Shown piece by piece: positions 47,225 to 55,433 of a stretch of DNA of 64,000 nt (its first letter is position 1; each line of letters starts with the position of its first letter). The translations under genes and the position numbers were made by a program. Source of the DNA: Patescibacteria group bacterium (GTDB lineage: Bacteria; Patescibacteriota; Minisyncoccia; Phycocordibacterales; DATDWN01); NCBI GenBank assembly GCA_040389125.1, contig JAZKAN010000001.1:47398-111397 (forward strand), read 5' to 3'. The notes under the pieces are model-generated. The model ran no database searches and was not told the origin of the DNA. It saw only the letters and a program-made list of their open reading frames with translations.

Positions 47225-47530
47225 TTAAATAGTTGGTGCTCTGGGTTTAGAACCTGATGAGTATAAAACATTTAAATCAAAATATGGTGAAGCTGTTTTA
47301 CCTTCGAATACAATCTTTTCTGAATATGTATTTTTCTGAACAGAACCACAAAGTACAGGAGTAGAATTCTGAGTTAATACCTCACTTTCAATAACAACCG
47401 AACTCACCAGTCGAGCTTTGATACGACCACTGTTTTCATACACGCAAAACGTCGCACGAACGAGTTGTCCGTCTGCGTTTCGGATGATTTTCTCTATGAA
47501 TTTACCTCTTGGAGTAGTTAGTTGTCGCAT
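47225..47530 (-). CDS. Hypothetical protein
   Basis: A 101-aa ORF inside the segment bracketed by the duplicated element. No motif recognised. Confidence 0.4.
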   Translation of the reverse strand: MRQLTTPRGKFIEKIIRNADGQLVRATFCVYENSGRIKARLVSSVVIESEVLTQNSTPVLCGSVQKNTYSEKIVFEGKTASPYFDLNVLYSSGSKPRAPTI

Positions 47531-47572
47531 AGTATTTCAGAGAATTATACAATATTTCTGTTTCAAAAAGTA

Positions 47573-47600
47573 TTGACAATTTATATATCTATTATATTAT
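47573..47600 (+). promoter_or_regulatory. Promoter TTGACA-16-TATTAT for the zinc-ribbon gene
   Basis: TTGACA at 47573-47578 and TATTAT at 47595-47600. SD AAAGGAG (47622-47628) lies 7 nt before ATG 47636. Confidence 0.55.
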
Positions 47601-47635
47601 CTAATCTAGATAAGCCTGTAGAAAGGAGATAAAAA

Positions 47636-47848
47636 ATGAGTCAGGCATACCCTGCCAAGCAGATAATTCACTGTCCCCTCTGCAATGACCCAGGACGACC
47701 CCAACACATTGGTCAAGGAGTTATGTTCTGCGAATGTTGCGGAAACAGATTCCGAGTAGTACACTCAAATCCCGGAAAAACTGGCAAAAAACTCGATCGG
47801 TTTATCAAAGATCGGATGCAATTTGCCTCGGGACCAAACACAAACTGA
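47636..47848 (+). CDS. Small zinc-ribbon protein
   Basis: CPLC...(17 aa)...CECC four-Cys pattern, a strong SD, its own promoter and its own terminator. Confidence 0.55.
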   Translation: MSQAYPAKQIIHCPLCNDPGRPQHIGQGVMFCECCGNRFRVVHSNPGKTGKKLDRFIKDRMQFASGPNTN

Positions 47849-47860
47849 CAATCTTGTCCT

Positions 47861-47892
47861 GCCGAGACCGCCATGCTGTCTCGGCGTTTCTC
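47861..47892 (+). terminator. Intrinsic terminator of the zinc-ribbon gene
   Basis: 8-bp stem GCCGAGAC/GTCTCGGC with a 9-nt loop, then GTTTCTCGT. Confidence 0.6.
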
Positions 47893-47905
47893 GTATATAA
47901 ACAAC

Positions 47906-48026
47906 AGAATCTCGTTGAGTAAAAACTTTTCTGGCGCATCTAAGGGTACACTTATGCAAGGCTCGGAGTCCGTGAAGAGACGAGAGCGAGGAAAATTTTC
48001 AGTAGAAAATTATTCCGGCAACAGAA
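47906..48026. repeat. Copy 2 of the duplicated structured element (immediately downstream of grpE)
   Basis: Identical 28-nt core at 47962-47989. Carries about 20 extra nt (AAGGGTACACTTATGCAAGG) after TGGCGCATCT. The tail hairpin is preserved by a compensatory change. Confidence 0.8.
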
Positions 48027-48058
48027 AAGATTTTGTGAAAAAGAGATTAGTGTGTACT

Positions 48059-48664
48059 TTACTTCTCAATATGCGTAACACGTACTTTCGGCGCCCGTAT
48101 TTCTTTTCCATTTAGCTCATACCCGAGCTGGACTACCTCCTGTATCTTTCCATCCTCTGACTCGTCTGTTGTTGGTATATTTTCAATCGCATCATCCCTC
48201 ACTGCATTATACAACTCACCTACTGGATTTATTACCTTGAGTCCGTGGTTTCCGAGTATTGTCATGAGTTGTGAATGTATGTACTCGACACCCACTCGCC
48301 AGTTTTTATCTACTTTTTCCCATGCTTCTTTATTTTTAAACGCAGATTCAAATGAATCGAGAATAGGCAAAAGTTCCGTGATCGTATCCTCTTTTGCAAA
48401 TTTCAAAAATTCTTTTCTCTCGCTCTCATCCTTTTTTCGAAGGTTTATGAAATCCGCTTTGTCTCTCTGCCACGAGTCGAGAAGCTCTGTATTTTTCTTC
48501 TCAAGCTCCTTGATCCGAGCCTTAAGTTTTTCCACCTTTGCTTTGTAATCCCCTCCTGTCACCTCTGTATTATCCTCCAACACAAAATCATCCCCAGCAT
48601 CGGTATCCACCTCGGGTTCTGGTGCCTGGTTTTCTATTTTCTCATCTTCATTAGTATCATTCAT
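48059..48664 (-). CDS. grpE: Nucleotide exchange factor GrpE
   Basis: Acidic N-terminus, a long coiled coil, and a C-terminal beta domain (GKIQEVVQLGYELNGKEIRAPKVRV). TATAAT (48672-48677) lies 7 nt before ATG 48664. Confidence 0.9.
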   Translation of the reverse strand: MNDTNEDEKIENQAPEPEVDTDAGDDFVLEDNTEVTGGDYKAKVEKLKARIKELEKKNTELLDSWQRDKADFINLRKKDESERKEFLKFAKEDTITELLPILDSFESAFKNKEAWEKVDKNWRVGVEYIHSQLMTILGNHGLKVINPVGELYNAVRDDAIENIPTTDESEDGKIQEVVQLGYELNGKEIRAPKVRVTHIEK

Positions 48665-48746
48665 GCGCAAAATTATACATTATTTTTAACTTTTCTAAAA
48701 TTGACAAAAATATAATTAATGAGATATTGTAGTATAGGAGGGAAAA

Positions 48747-48920
48747 ATGCTGAAGGAAATACTAACTTTGCTTTTTCTGGGGATGTGTTGTAGTATGCTT
48801 GCAATAGTAATTCCCAGAGCGTCAGGTGATCCTCGACGCAGACTGAGACCCTATGAGATTTACCGGGGTCTTGTATGCGGTGCGATATCAATTCCGTTCT
48901 TTTATTACACTCTGTATTAA
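48747..48920 (+). CDS. Small hydrophobic protein (57 aa, below the ORF-track cutoff)
   Basis: Hand translation gives MLKEILTLLFLGMCCSMLAIVIPRASGDPRRRLRPYEIYRGLVCGAISIPFFYYTLY*. SD AGGAGG lies 5 nt upstream and a terminator hairpin follows. I prefer it over the antisense track ORF 48673-48891. Confidence 0.4.
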   Translation: MLKEILTLLFLGMCCSMLAIVIPRASGDPRRRLRPYEIYRGLVCGAISIPFFYYTLY

Positions 48921-48945
48921 GAAGTATTAAGAATTTTTCGCACTA

Positions 48946-48980
48946 CCGCCGAGAGCCGCCAACGCGCTCCGGCGGTTTCT
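48946..48980 (+). terminator. Hairpin terminator
   Basis: CCGCCG ... CGGCGG stem followed by TTTCT. Confidence 0.5.
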
Positions 48981-49018
48981 CATATCCAAAAAATACTGTA
49001 TTTTTTGGATATGAGAAA
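48976..49018. repeat. 43-nt perfect palindrome between convergent genes
   Basis: The arm TTTCTCATATCCAAAAAATAC (48976-48996), a central T, then the exact reverse complement (48998-49018). Confidence 0.85.
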
Positions 49019-49028
49019 CTATAGAGGG

Positions 49029-49478
49029 TTAATTCTTATTTTTTAATTGCGTTGAATTATTTTTAATCCACTCTGAAGTCAAGACAACAATTGTTTCTAC
49101 ACGATCATTTGTTTGAGCAATTTCGAGCGCTTTGTCTCGCATTTCTTTTTGACTTACCGTTAAAATCAAATCATTGATATATAAGAAAACAATTAAAACT
49201 GCAACTGAAAGCCGTTTATTTCCATTTCCAAAGGCGTGATTTCTATTGATCGCATAGAATAAAATAGCTGCTTTTTTGTATATATCAGGATATAATTCAG
49301 TACCATACACTGCTTGTCTAGGTAAACTTAGACTTGCGTCTAGTTTTGCCTGATCATGATCTTTATACAAACCCATAGGTTCCTCATCCTGAAAAAGTTC
49401 ACATGCCAAGCTGTGGCAGATATTCTCCAAAATTTCCTCGGAAATATAATTAATGGATGAGTTTTTCTCCTCTGTCAT
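49029..49478 (-). CDS. doc: Doc-family (Fic-fold) toxin
   Basis: The motif HAFGNGNKRLS matches the Doc-type HxFx[DN]GNKR variant of the Fic motif. Confidence 0.78.
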   Translation of the reverse strand: MTEEKNSSINYISEEILENICHSLACELFQDEEPMGLYKDHDQAKLDASLSLPRQAVYGTELYPDIYKKAAILFYAINRNHAFGNGNKRLSVAVLIVFLYINDLILTVSQKEMRDKALEIAQTNDRVETIVVLTSEWIKNNSTQLKNKN

Positions 49479-49623
49479 ATCGTGCCAAGTCTTTTAACGT
49501 ACCACCGTATTTTTCAATAGCAAAATTAATACCATTCTCGACTTTAGTGTCCAGTTCTTCTTTTTTATCATGCTCTCTTTTTTTATTATTATCAGAGAAC
49601 CAACTTTGGATTAATTTTTTCAT
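49450..49623 (-). CDS. Putative antitoxin (57 aa, not in the ORF track)
   Basis: Hand translation gives MKKLIQSWFSDNNKKREHDKKEELDTKVENGINFAIEKYGGTLKDLARYDRGEKLIH*. It overlaps the doc start by 29 nt and is preceded by a TTGTCA-17-TAGAAT-7-ATG promoter. Confidence 0.5.
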   Translation of the reverse strand: MKKLIQSWFSDNNKKREHDKKEELDTKVENGINFAIEKYGGTLKDLARYDRGEKLIH

Positions 49624-49630
49624 CCCTTAC

Positions 49631-49659
49631 ATTCTACACAAATTTACATGATTTGACAA
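49631..49659 (-). promoter_or_regulatory. Promoter TTGTCA-17-TAGAAT, with the -10 box 7 nt before the antitoxin ATG
   Basis: Read on the minus strand: TTGTCA (49659-49654), a 17-nt spacer, TAGAAT (49636-49631), GTAAGGG, then ATG at 49623. Confidence 0.6.
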
Positions 49660-49682
49660 TGAAATTTACAACGTGTGATTAC

Positions 49683-49710
49683 AATAAAACTCTCTTTCGA
49701 GAGTTTTATT
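49683..49710 (-). terminator. Hairpin downstream of rpsI
   Basis: 12-bp stem AATAAAACTCTC/GAGAGTTTTATT with a 4-nt loop. It is symmetric and may act in both directions. Confidence 0.55.
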
Positions 49711-49742
49711 GTTTTTAACGTTTTGACCATTGCAGGTCTTGT

Positions 49743-50150
49743 TTATCGCTTACTCCATTGTGGTGCCTTTCGTGCTTTCTTGAGTCCGAATTTTCGGCGC
49801 TCTTTTGATCGAGGATCACGTTTGAGGTGTCCCGCTTTTTTCAAATCCTTTCGGAGTTCCTGGTTGTTTAAAACGAGTGCTCGTGCAATACCGTGGCGAA
49901 GTGCCTCTGACTGTGAGTGGATTCCACCGCCTTTTATATGTGCAGTAACTTTAAATTTCTCTGTAGTTTCTGCAAATGGCTGTTTTGCGAGGAGTTGCAT
50001 TTCTGCTGTAGGGAAATACTCGTGCAAGTCCTTGTCGTTTACAACAAAAGTAGTTTTGGATGCTGGGGTAATGCGAACACGAGCGACAGATGTCTTTCGT
50101 CGTCCTACCGCTCCTATATATCGCTCAGCATTTTTCTCTTTTGTTTCCAT
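49743..50150 (-). CDS. rpsI: 30S ribosomal protein S9
   Basis: GGGIHSQSEALRHGIARAL and a C-terminal ...KAPQWSKR. Confidence 0.93.
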   Translation of the reverse strand: METKEKNAERYIGAVGRRKTSVARVRITPASKTTFVVNDKDLHEYFPTAEMQLLAKQPFAETTEKFKVTAHIKGGGIHSQSEALRHGIARALVLNNQELRKDLKKAGHLKRDPRSKERRKFGLKKARKAPQWSKR

Positions 50151-50155
50151 GTGTT

Positions 50156-50500
50156 TTATTCTGTAATAATTAAATTGTTCATCATTTTCTGTCGCAACTT
50201 GTTTTTAGGTAGCATACCTGAAACTGCCTCTTTAAACAACTCACTGTATCCTTTTTTCTCGATAACCTGCTCCATAGTTGGTTGTTTGAGTCCTCCTGGG
50301 TATCCTGAATATCTGCTGTATGTTTTTACAGAAAGTTTCTTTTCATCAATATCCGCCTTTGATGTATTTTTGATTTCAACAGTTACATCTGGAATATTGT
50401 TACGAGCAAAACCTGGAGTATTTTTACCCATGAGATATACAGCTGCATCTGATGCAACTCGTCCGATTTTTTTGTTTTCTGCGTCTAGTACGTATTTCAT
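50156..50500 (-). CDS. rplM: 50S ribosomal protein L13 (short form)
   Basis: MKYVLDAENKKIGRVASDAAVYLMGK... and YSGYPGGLK. Start set at ATG 50500, because the upstream part of the track ORF overlaps rplQ. Confidence 0.88.
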   Translation of the reverse strand: MKYVLDAENKKIGRVASDAAVYLMGKNTPGFARNNIPDVTVEIKNTSKADIDEKKLSVKTYSRYSGYPGGLKQPTMEQVIEKKGYSELFKEAVSGMLPKNKLRQKMMNNLIITE

Positions 50501-50510
50501 AATATTTAAA

Positions 50511-50858
50511 TTATACAAACTCAATAACAGCCATGAGACTTCCGTCTGAAATTCTGCGAGGCAATTTCGTAATGCGAGTATAACCTCCCTTTCGGTCCAT
50601 GTATTTTGGAGCAACTTCTTTTACGATTTTCTCTGCAGCGATCGCTCCCACCTCTGCGATGAGTTTGCGTCGTGCTGCTACAGTTCCTGCGCGACCCGTA
50701 GTCACCATTTTCTCGATCATTGGACGGAGTTCACGTGCCTTGGCATCTGTAGTCTGGATTTTGCCAGATACGACAAGTGCGAGTGCGAGGGATTTCATAA
50801 GTCCATCTCGTACTTTCTTTACTCGTCCAAATTTTCTTGTTGTTTTGTGGTGATTCAT
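50511..50858 (-). CDS. rplQ: 50S ribosomal protein L17
   Basis: RKFGRVKKVRDGLMKSLALALV...TTDAKARELRPMIEKMVT, in its position after rpoA. Confidence 0.9.
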   Translation of the reverse strand: MNHHKTTRKFGRVKKVRDGLMKSLALALVVSGKIQTTDAKARELRPMIEKMVTTGRAGTVAARRKLIAEVGAIAAEKIVKEVAPKYMDRKGGYTRITKLPRRISDGSLMAVIEFV

Positions 50859-50887
50859 GGTAGTTGCGTTGGTGTGTTACGTTCTGA

Positions 50888-51841
50888 CTATTTTAGGGTA
50901 ATTCCAAAGTTCTCAAGAACCTCCTTGATTTCTGTCAGACCTTTTGAACCCAGACCCTCGATCTCTAGGATATCCTTTTCTTTCTTTCGTGCAAGTCCTC
51001 CGACTGTTCGAATGTTTGCATTTGAAAGTGCATTCTGTGTTCGCGCTGAAAGGTTGAGTGAGTCAATGCGAGTTTTGAGTGAATCTTCATCAACAGCAAC
51101 TTTTGCAACAGAGTCATCTTTTGAGGAAGATGGCATGAGAATATCCTCTTCTTTAAATCCAATAATCGCCTTGAGCTGACTGATCATAGTTTCGATTGAT
51201 TTCTCGAGAGCTTCTTTTGGAGTGATTGTTCCGTCTGTCTCAATAAAAATTTTCAAACGATTGAAATCTGTTCGATCACCCACGCGCATGTTTTCTACTT
51301 CGTAGCTAACACGTCGGATCGGTGTGAAAATAGCATCGAGAGTTATTTGTCCGATATCAACACGACTTTTCTGTAAAACGTCTTTCGTTACAAAACCGAG
51401 GCCTTTTTCTGCTGTGATTTCCATATCCAGATCAGCGGATTTGTCTGTAAGTGTTGCGATGACAAGTTCTGGATTTAGGATCTCAACTCCACCTGGAACT
51501 TTAATATCACCTGCCGTAACTTCCTTTACGCCTTTTACTTTGAGAGTAAGTGTCTGTGGTTCATCACTGACCATTCGAATTCGAACTTTTTTCAAATTGA
51601 GGAGAATTGTGATTGCATCCTCTTTGACACCTGGGATAACTGAAAATTCATGATCGATACCAGCAATTTTAACAGCAATAATAGCAGCACCTGGAAGCGA
51701 TGACAAAATAATACGTCGTAGCGAGTTACCTAGGGTATGGCCGTAACCAGGATATAGTCCATCGATCTCGTATGATCCGGTGAAATCTACCTCTGATACA
51801 ATTTTTGGCTTTGATGGTAATACAATTGTATAGTCAGACAT
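50888..51841 (-). CDS. rpoA: DNA-directed RNA polymerase alpha subunit
   Basis: N-terminal GYGHTLGNSLRRILLSS-type block and a C-terminal domain (LNLSARTQNALSNANIRTVGGL). Confidence 0.95.
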   Translation of the reverse strand: MSDYTIVLPSKPKIVSEVDFTGSYEIDGLYPGYGHTLGNSLRRIILSSLPGAAIIAVKIAGIDHEFSVIPGVKEDAITILLNLKKVRIRMVSDEPQTLTLKVKGVKEVTAGDIKVPGGVEILNPELVIATLTDKSADLDMEITAEKGLGFVTKDVLQKSRVDIGQITLDAIFTPIRRVSYEVENMRVGDRTDFNRLKIFIETDGTITPKEALEKSIETMISQLKAIIGFKEEDILMPSSSKDDSVAKVAVDEDSLKTRIDSLNLSARTQNALSNANIRTVGGLARKKEKDILEIEGLGSKGLTEIKEVLENFGITLK

Positions 51842-51986
51842 GATAATTTGTTATAAAATCTCTTAAAATCTATTAAAATAATTATGAAAATGAATCAATT
51901 TATTCTACACTAGTTCTTGAAAAATATCAAGAAGATTGTCATAAGTTATAAAAACTCTTTCTCTCCAAAGTTTTTACAACTCCAGA

Positions 51987-52595
51987 TTATCTACTGTAGA
52001 ACTCAATTACCGCGTTCAAATCAAACATATTTTCTGTCGTTACAAGCTGTGGCATACCCTGAATTTCTGCGACTTTCTTAATGCTATCTAGTTTGATCCA
52101 CGATGGCACTGTTGCATTTTTGATTTTTTCGTCAACTCCTGCAAACAACGGCTTTTTCTGTGATGCTGCACGAATCTCGATTTTATCTCCAATGTTTACA
52201 CGAAGTGATGGAACATTGATTCGTTTGCCGTTTACTGTGATATGACCGTGTGACACCATCTGGCGGCTACCTGATCGAGTTGTCGCAAATCCCATACGAT
52301 ACACTGTGTTGTCGAGACGTCGCTCGAGGAATTCAAAAATAGTCTGAGTAGTTTTAGGAGTTTTCTTTTCGAGAGCTTCTTTCACATAGTTTGAGAACTG
52401 GCGTTCTGAGAGTCCGTATGTAAATCGTGCCTTCTGTTTCTCATTGAGCTGAATAGCAAACTCTGATTTAGGTTTTGAAAATCCACGCTTTTTACCCTTG
52501 CGCTCGAGTCGCATAGCATATTTTTGAGTCTGAGTTTTCTCAAATATTGGTGCCCCGAGGCGTCGTGCTATTTTGTATTTTGGTCCAGTAATCAT
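51987..52595 (-). CDS. rpsD: 30S ribosomal protein S4
   Basis: GPKYKIARRLG..., an S4 RNA-binding domain (RLDNTVYRMGFATTRSGSRQMVSHGHITVNG). Confidence 0.95.
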   Translation of the reverse strand: MITGPKYKIARRLGAPIFEKTQTQKYAMRLERKGKKRGFSKPKSEFAIQLNEKQKARFTYGLSERQFSNYVKEALEKKTPKTTQTIFEFLERRLDNTVYRMGFATTRSGSRQMVSHGHITVNGKRINVPSLRVNIGDKIEIRAASQKKPLFAGVDEKIKNATVPSWIKLDSIKKVAEIQGMPQLVTTENMFDLNAVIEFYSR

Positions 52596-52625
52596 AATAT
52601 ATTTAAAAAATTATTCGGGTTAGTT

Positions 52626-53054
52626 TTATACTCGTCGTGGTTTTTTGGGCTTAGGTCCGTTAAATGGAACTGGAGTAACATCCTTGATTCCGGTTATATT
52701 GATACCCTTTGAAATGAATCCTCGGATACCTGACTCACGTCCAGAACCCACGCCTTTGACCACCACAGCGGCCTCTTTCATACCCATAGTAGCTGCTTTT
52801 GCACCTACGATTTCACCCACCTTTGCTGCTGCAAATGGTGTGCCTTTTTTAGCACCCTTGAAACCAATTGATCCAGATGAAGATGTAGCGAGCACATTGC
52901 CTTTAGCATCCGTAAGAACGATTTTTGTGTTATTGAAAGTAGACTGAACATACAGTGTTCCTACGTCTACTTTCTTTTTGGATACAGAAGGGACTTGTGA
53001 TCCCTTTGATTCTGCACTTGTTCCTTCTGTTTTTACGATGCGTTTTTTGCCCAT
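52626..53054 (-). CDS. rpsK: 30S ribosomal protein S11
   Basis: VQSTFNNTKIVLTDAKGN...GFKGAKKGTPFAA...TPVPFNGPKPKKPRRV. Confidence 0.95.
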   Translation of the reverse strand: MGKKRIVKTEGTSAESKGSQVPSVSKKKVDVGTLYVQSTFNNTKIVLTDAKGNVLATSSSGSIGFKGAKKGTPFAAAKVGEIVGAKAATMGMKEAAVVVKGVGSGRESGIRGFISKGINITGIKDVTPVPFNGPKPKKPRRV

Positions 53055-53083
53055 GTGATTATATTAGTTTCAGTTATTTCTGT

Positions 53084-53464
53084 TTATTTCTTATCCGCTA
53101 TTTTTCGCCCAGTTCCCATCGTCTTTCGAACGTTTCCTCGGCGTGTACGAGAATTAGTCTTTGTACGCTGACCTCGTGACGGCAAGCCCTTTGCATGGCG
53201 ACTACCACGATATGCCTTGATATCTTTGAGTCGCTTGATATTTCCCGCTACTTCACGTTTCAAATCTCCTTCGATTTTGATTCCCTCGATAATTTTTCGA
53301 ATAGCGTTTTCCTGATCAACAGTGATATCTTTTGGTTTAAGTCCATACGGCACTTTTGCTGCGTCGAGTACTGTGTGTGCACGTGATCGTCCAACACCAT
53401 ACAGAACTGTTAATCCAATCTCGATTCGCTTTTCTTCCGGCAATGTGATTCCAAGTATTCTCAT
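53084..53464 (-). CDS. rpsM: 30S ribosomal protein S13
   Basis: MRILGITLPEEKRIEIGLTVLYGVGRSRA...YRGSRHAKGLPSRGQRTKTN. Confidence 0.95.
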   Translation of the reverse strand: MRILGITLPEEKRIEIGLTVLYGVGRSRAHTVLDAAKVPYGLKPKDITVDQENAIRKIIEGIKIEGDLKREVAGNIKRLKDIKAYRGSRHAKGLPSRGQRTKTNSRTRRGNVRKTMGTGRKIADKK

Positions 53465-53476
53465 AGTATATAAATA

Positions 53477-53593
53477 TTAACCCTGTCGTTGTTTATGTCT
53501 CGCGTTATTTTTGCACACAACATACACGTAGCCCTTTCTTCGGACCACCTGGCAATGCGCACATATTTTTTTGACTGAAGATTTTACTTTCAT
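53477..53593 (-). CDS. rpmJ: 50S ribosomal protein L36 (38 aa, below the ORF-track cutoff)
   Basis: Hand translation gives [38 protein letters not shown], lying between infA and rpsM. Confidence 0.9.
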   Translation of the reverse strand: MKVKSSVKKICAHCQVVRRKGYVYVVCKNNARHKQRQG

Positions 53594-53610
53594 TTTGAAA
53601 TTGTATCGAT

Positions 53611-53832
53611 TTACATTCGTTTGGTTATTCTGCCCTTTCCTCCATACGGCTCTATTTCGACGACAACACGGTCGCCAATAAGTACTCGTATCCTATGTAA
53701 TCTCATTTTTCCAGAAAGATATGTCAACATTTCCTCACCCGTATCATCACGTTTTACCCGAAAAAGTGTGTTTGGCAATGCTTCGGTTACTACAGCTCCA
53801 ATACTTGTGTCTTTTTTATTCTGGTCTTGCAT
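53611..53832 (-). CDS. infA: Translation initiation factor IF-1
   Basis: S1-like fold sequence [19 protein letters not shown]...[23 protein letters not shown]. Confidence 0.93.
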   Translation of the reverse strand: MQDQNKKDTSIGAVVTEALPNTLFRVKRDDTGEEMLTYLSGKMRLHRIRVLIGDRVVVEIEPYGGKGRITKRM

Positions 53833-53906
53833 TACAATAATTATTCAATGTGTAATATCCTAGCAGAAGAGGGGGTGTTACGTCAACCCCTCTCCCGGCT
53901 ATTGTG

Positions 53907-55433
53907 TTACTTTAGATCAAGGGTATTTATAAATGTCACCTTATTGGGATCAGACGGAATGGTAGAATTCCAAAATGGACGAGTTACAATCCAGGATTCC
54001 TTAATAGCAGGGTTGGCCATAATAATCTCCCGCGCATGACCTTTAGAAATCCCCAGCAGGTCAGATTTTAGCTTATTTTCGTCAAAAACCCATACTAAAT
54101 TTGCATCTCCCTTGAGATTGAATGTAATCGTTGTTGCTGTCGCTGGATCTGAAGTGGCATTTTCTGGGTATGTAAACGTGAGTAAATCAAGATTTGGAAT
54201 TTTGATTATATCGGGGGTAGATGACGCTAACACTTTTTCAATAATAGCATGTGAAAGTGCTGCACGATCAAAAATAACTGCATTAACAGTGCCTTTTTTA
54301 TGTAGGATTGCGGTGCTTGTTGTTGCACCAGAATCAGCAGTCTGACCACTCGCCTGGGTCAGAGCATCAAATGAATACGATACGTCGTTGGTATACATAA
54401 CAAAGTTTGCTGGAATTTGAGACATAATATCCTTTGCAAGGCTTGCCTTGAGTGTTGTTTCCAATTCAGTATTACTGGTGCCTAGAACATCCCCTGAAAC
54501 AATTTTTTGCATCCCCGAAAATCCGCCCGACATTGCAGTTTTTGAACGCGCATATATTCCCACGTATTTTGGATCACCTTTAAAGCCTGGAATTACAAAA
54601 TCCTTGAGGCCAATATTGTATTTAGGACCAACCGCATCTGCGATTACAGTTACTTCTATTTGTCCAGGTGTAGCACCTTGTTTACCTGGTATAGTTACAC
54701 CCTGAATCAGTCTATATATGAGACCTTCTGGTGTTTGAAGACGTGTATTTATTACTAGTTTTTGTGATTGTGAGCTAAAATTATTGTAAAGAATGACATT
54801 GCCTTGTGCTTTTTTCTGTACGTTTTGTTCTCCTGTTGCCGTCACAGTTTTTTCTACATCTTTTGTAATTGTGACTAATTGGAAACCAAGATTCATACCA
54901 GTTGCATCTTTTTTGGCAATAAATGTAGTGTCTAGTGGCTCTATTTGATTTCGTGGAGTAATACGAATTTCTGCACTTTTAAATAATGCTGAAATTCCAA
55001 ATGCAAGTGCAATAAAAAATAGAACAAAGGTTATGTAGAGTGCTTTTCTTGAGGACTTGTGCGGCTCATCGTATTCGTATGAATACGAGGGTGTAGATAT
55101 AACAGGTGGAGTCGGTGGAACAGGCGCAGATGGCGGTGCATTTTGAGCCCCTTGATCTGGCGGTGTGATAGTAATCATTGGTGCAACGCGCTGTATGGAT
55201 ACGGGTCGTGAAAATGGCTCTCGAGCAGGTATTTCCTTTTTTATCTCTGGAATTTCAGTTTTTTTCACTGCGCTTTCCATTTTTTTTCTACGTTCTACCT
55301 CCGTCTGAATCTCACTTTGTTCTATTTGTTCAGTGCGTTTTAATCGTGATGGCAGTGCGACATTACGAATAGATCTCGGAGATGGCACCACATCCTGCAC
55401 TATCTTTTTTTTGTGTACGATTTCTTTTTTCAT
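53907..55433 (-). CDS. Hypothetical membrane-anchored, Pro-rich protein; start uncertain
   Basis: A basic or proline-rich N-terminal part, one TM (ALYITFVLFFIALAFGISALF), and a large extracytoplasmic region. ATG 55433 is one possible start. The in-frame TTG 55517 (GGAG 9 nt upstream) is the other. Confidence 0.55.
   Translation of the reverse strand: MKKEIVHKKKIVQDVVPSPRSIRNVALPSRLKRTEQIEQSEIQTEVERRKKMESAVKKTEIPEIKKEIPAREPFSRPVSIQRVAPMITITPPDQGAQNAPPSAPVPPTPPVISTPSYSYEYDEPHKSSRKALYITFVLFFIALAFGISALFKSAEIRITPRNQIEPLDTTFIAKKDATGMNLGFQLVTITKDVEKTVTATGEQNVQKKAQGNVILYNNFSSQSQKLVINTRLQTPEGLIYRLIQGVTIPGKQGATPGQIEVTVIADAVGPKYNIGLKDFVIPGFKGDPKYVGIYARSKTAMSGGFSGMQKIVSGDVLGTSNTELETTLKASLAKDIMSQIPANFVMYTNDVSYSFDALTQASGQTADSGATTSTAILHKKGTVNAVIFDRAALSHAIIEKVLASSTPDIIKIPNLDLLTFTYPENATSDPATATTITFNLKGDANLVWVFDENKLKSDLLGISKGHAREIIMANPAIKESWIVTRPFWNSTIPSDPNKVTFINTLDLK

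Noticed and set aside
47090-48026. Whether the duplicated element is an integron attC site or a known repeat class.
   Set aside because: The RYYYAAC/GTTRRRY core sites are not matched (the closest are TTTCAAC and GTTGAAA), no integron integrase is adjacent, and only two copies are visible. I kept it as an unexplained structured repeat instead.
48673-48891. The 72-aa minus-strand ORF in the track, downstream of the grpE promoter region.
   Set aside because: It has no promoter or SD and overlaps the grpE -10 region. The opposite strand has a 57-codon ORF with an AGGAGG SD and a downstream terminator, which I consider more plausible.
49457-49651. The 64-aa plus-strand ORF in the track, upstream of doc.
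   Set aside because: The minus strand here encodes a 57-aa ORF with a near-consensus promoter and the expected antitoxin position overlapping doc. The plus-strand ORF has no signals.
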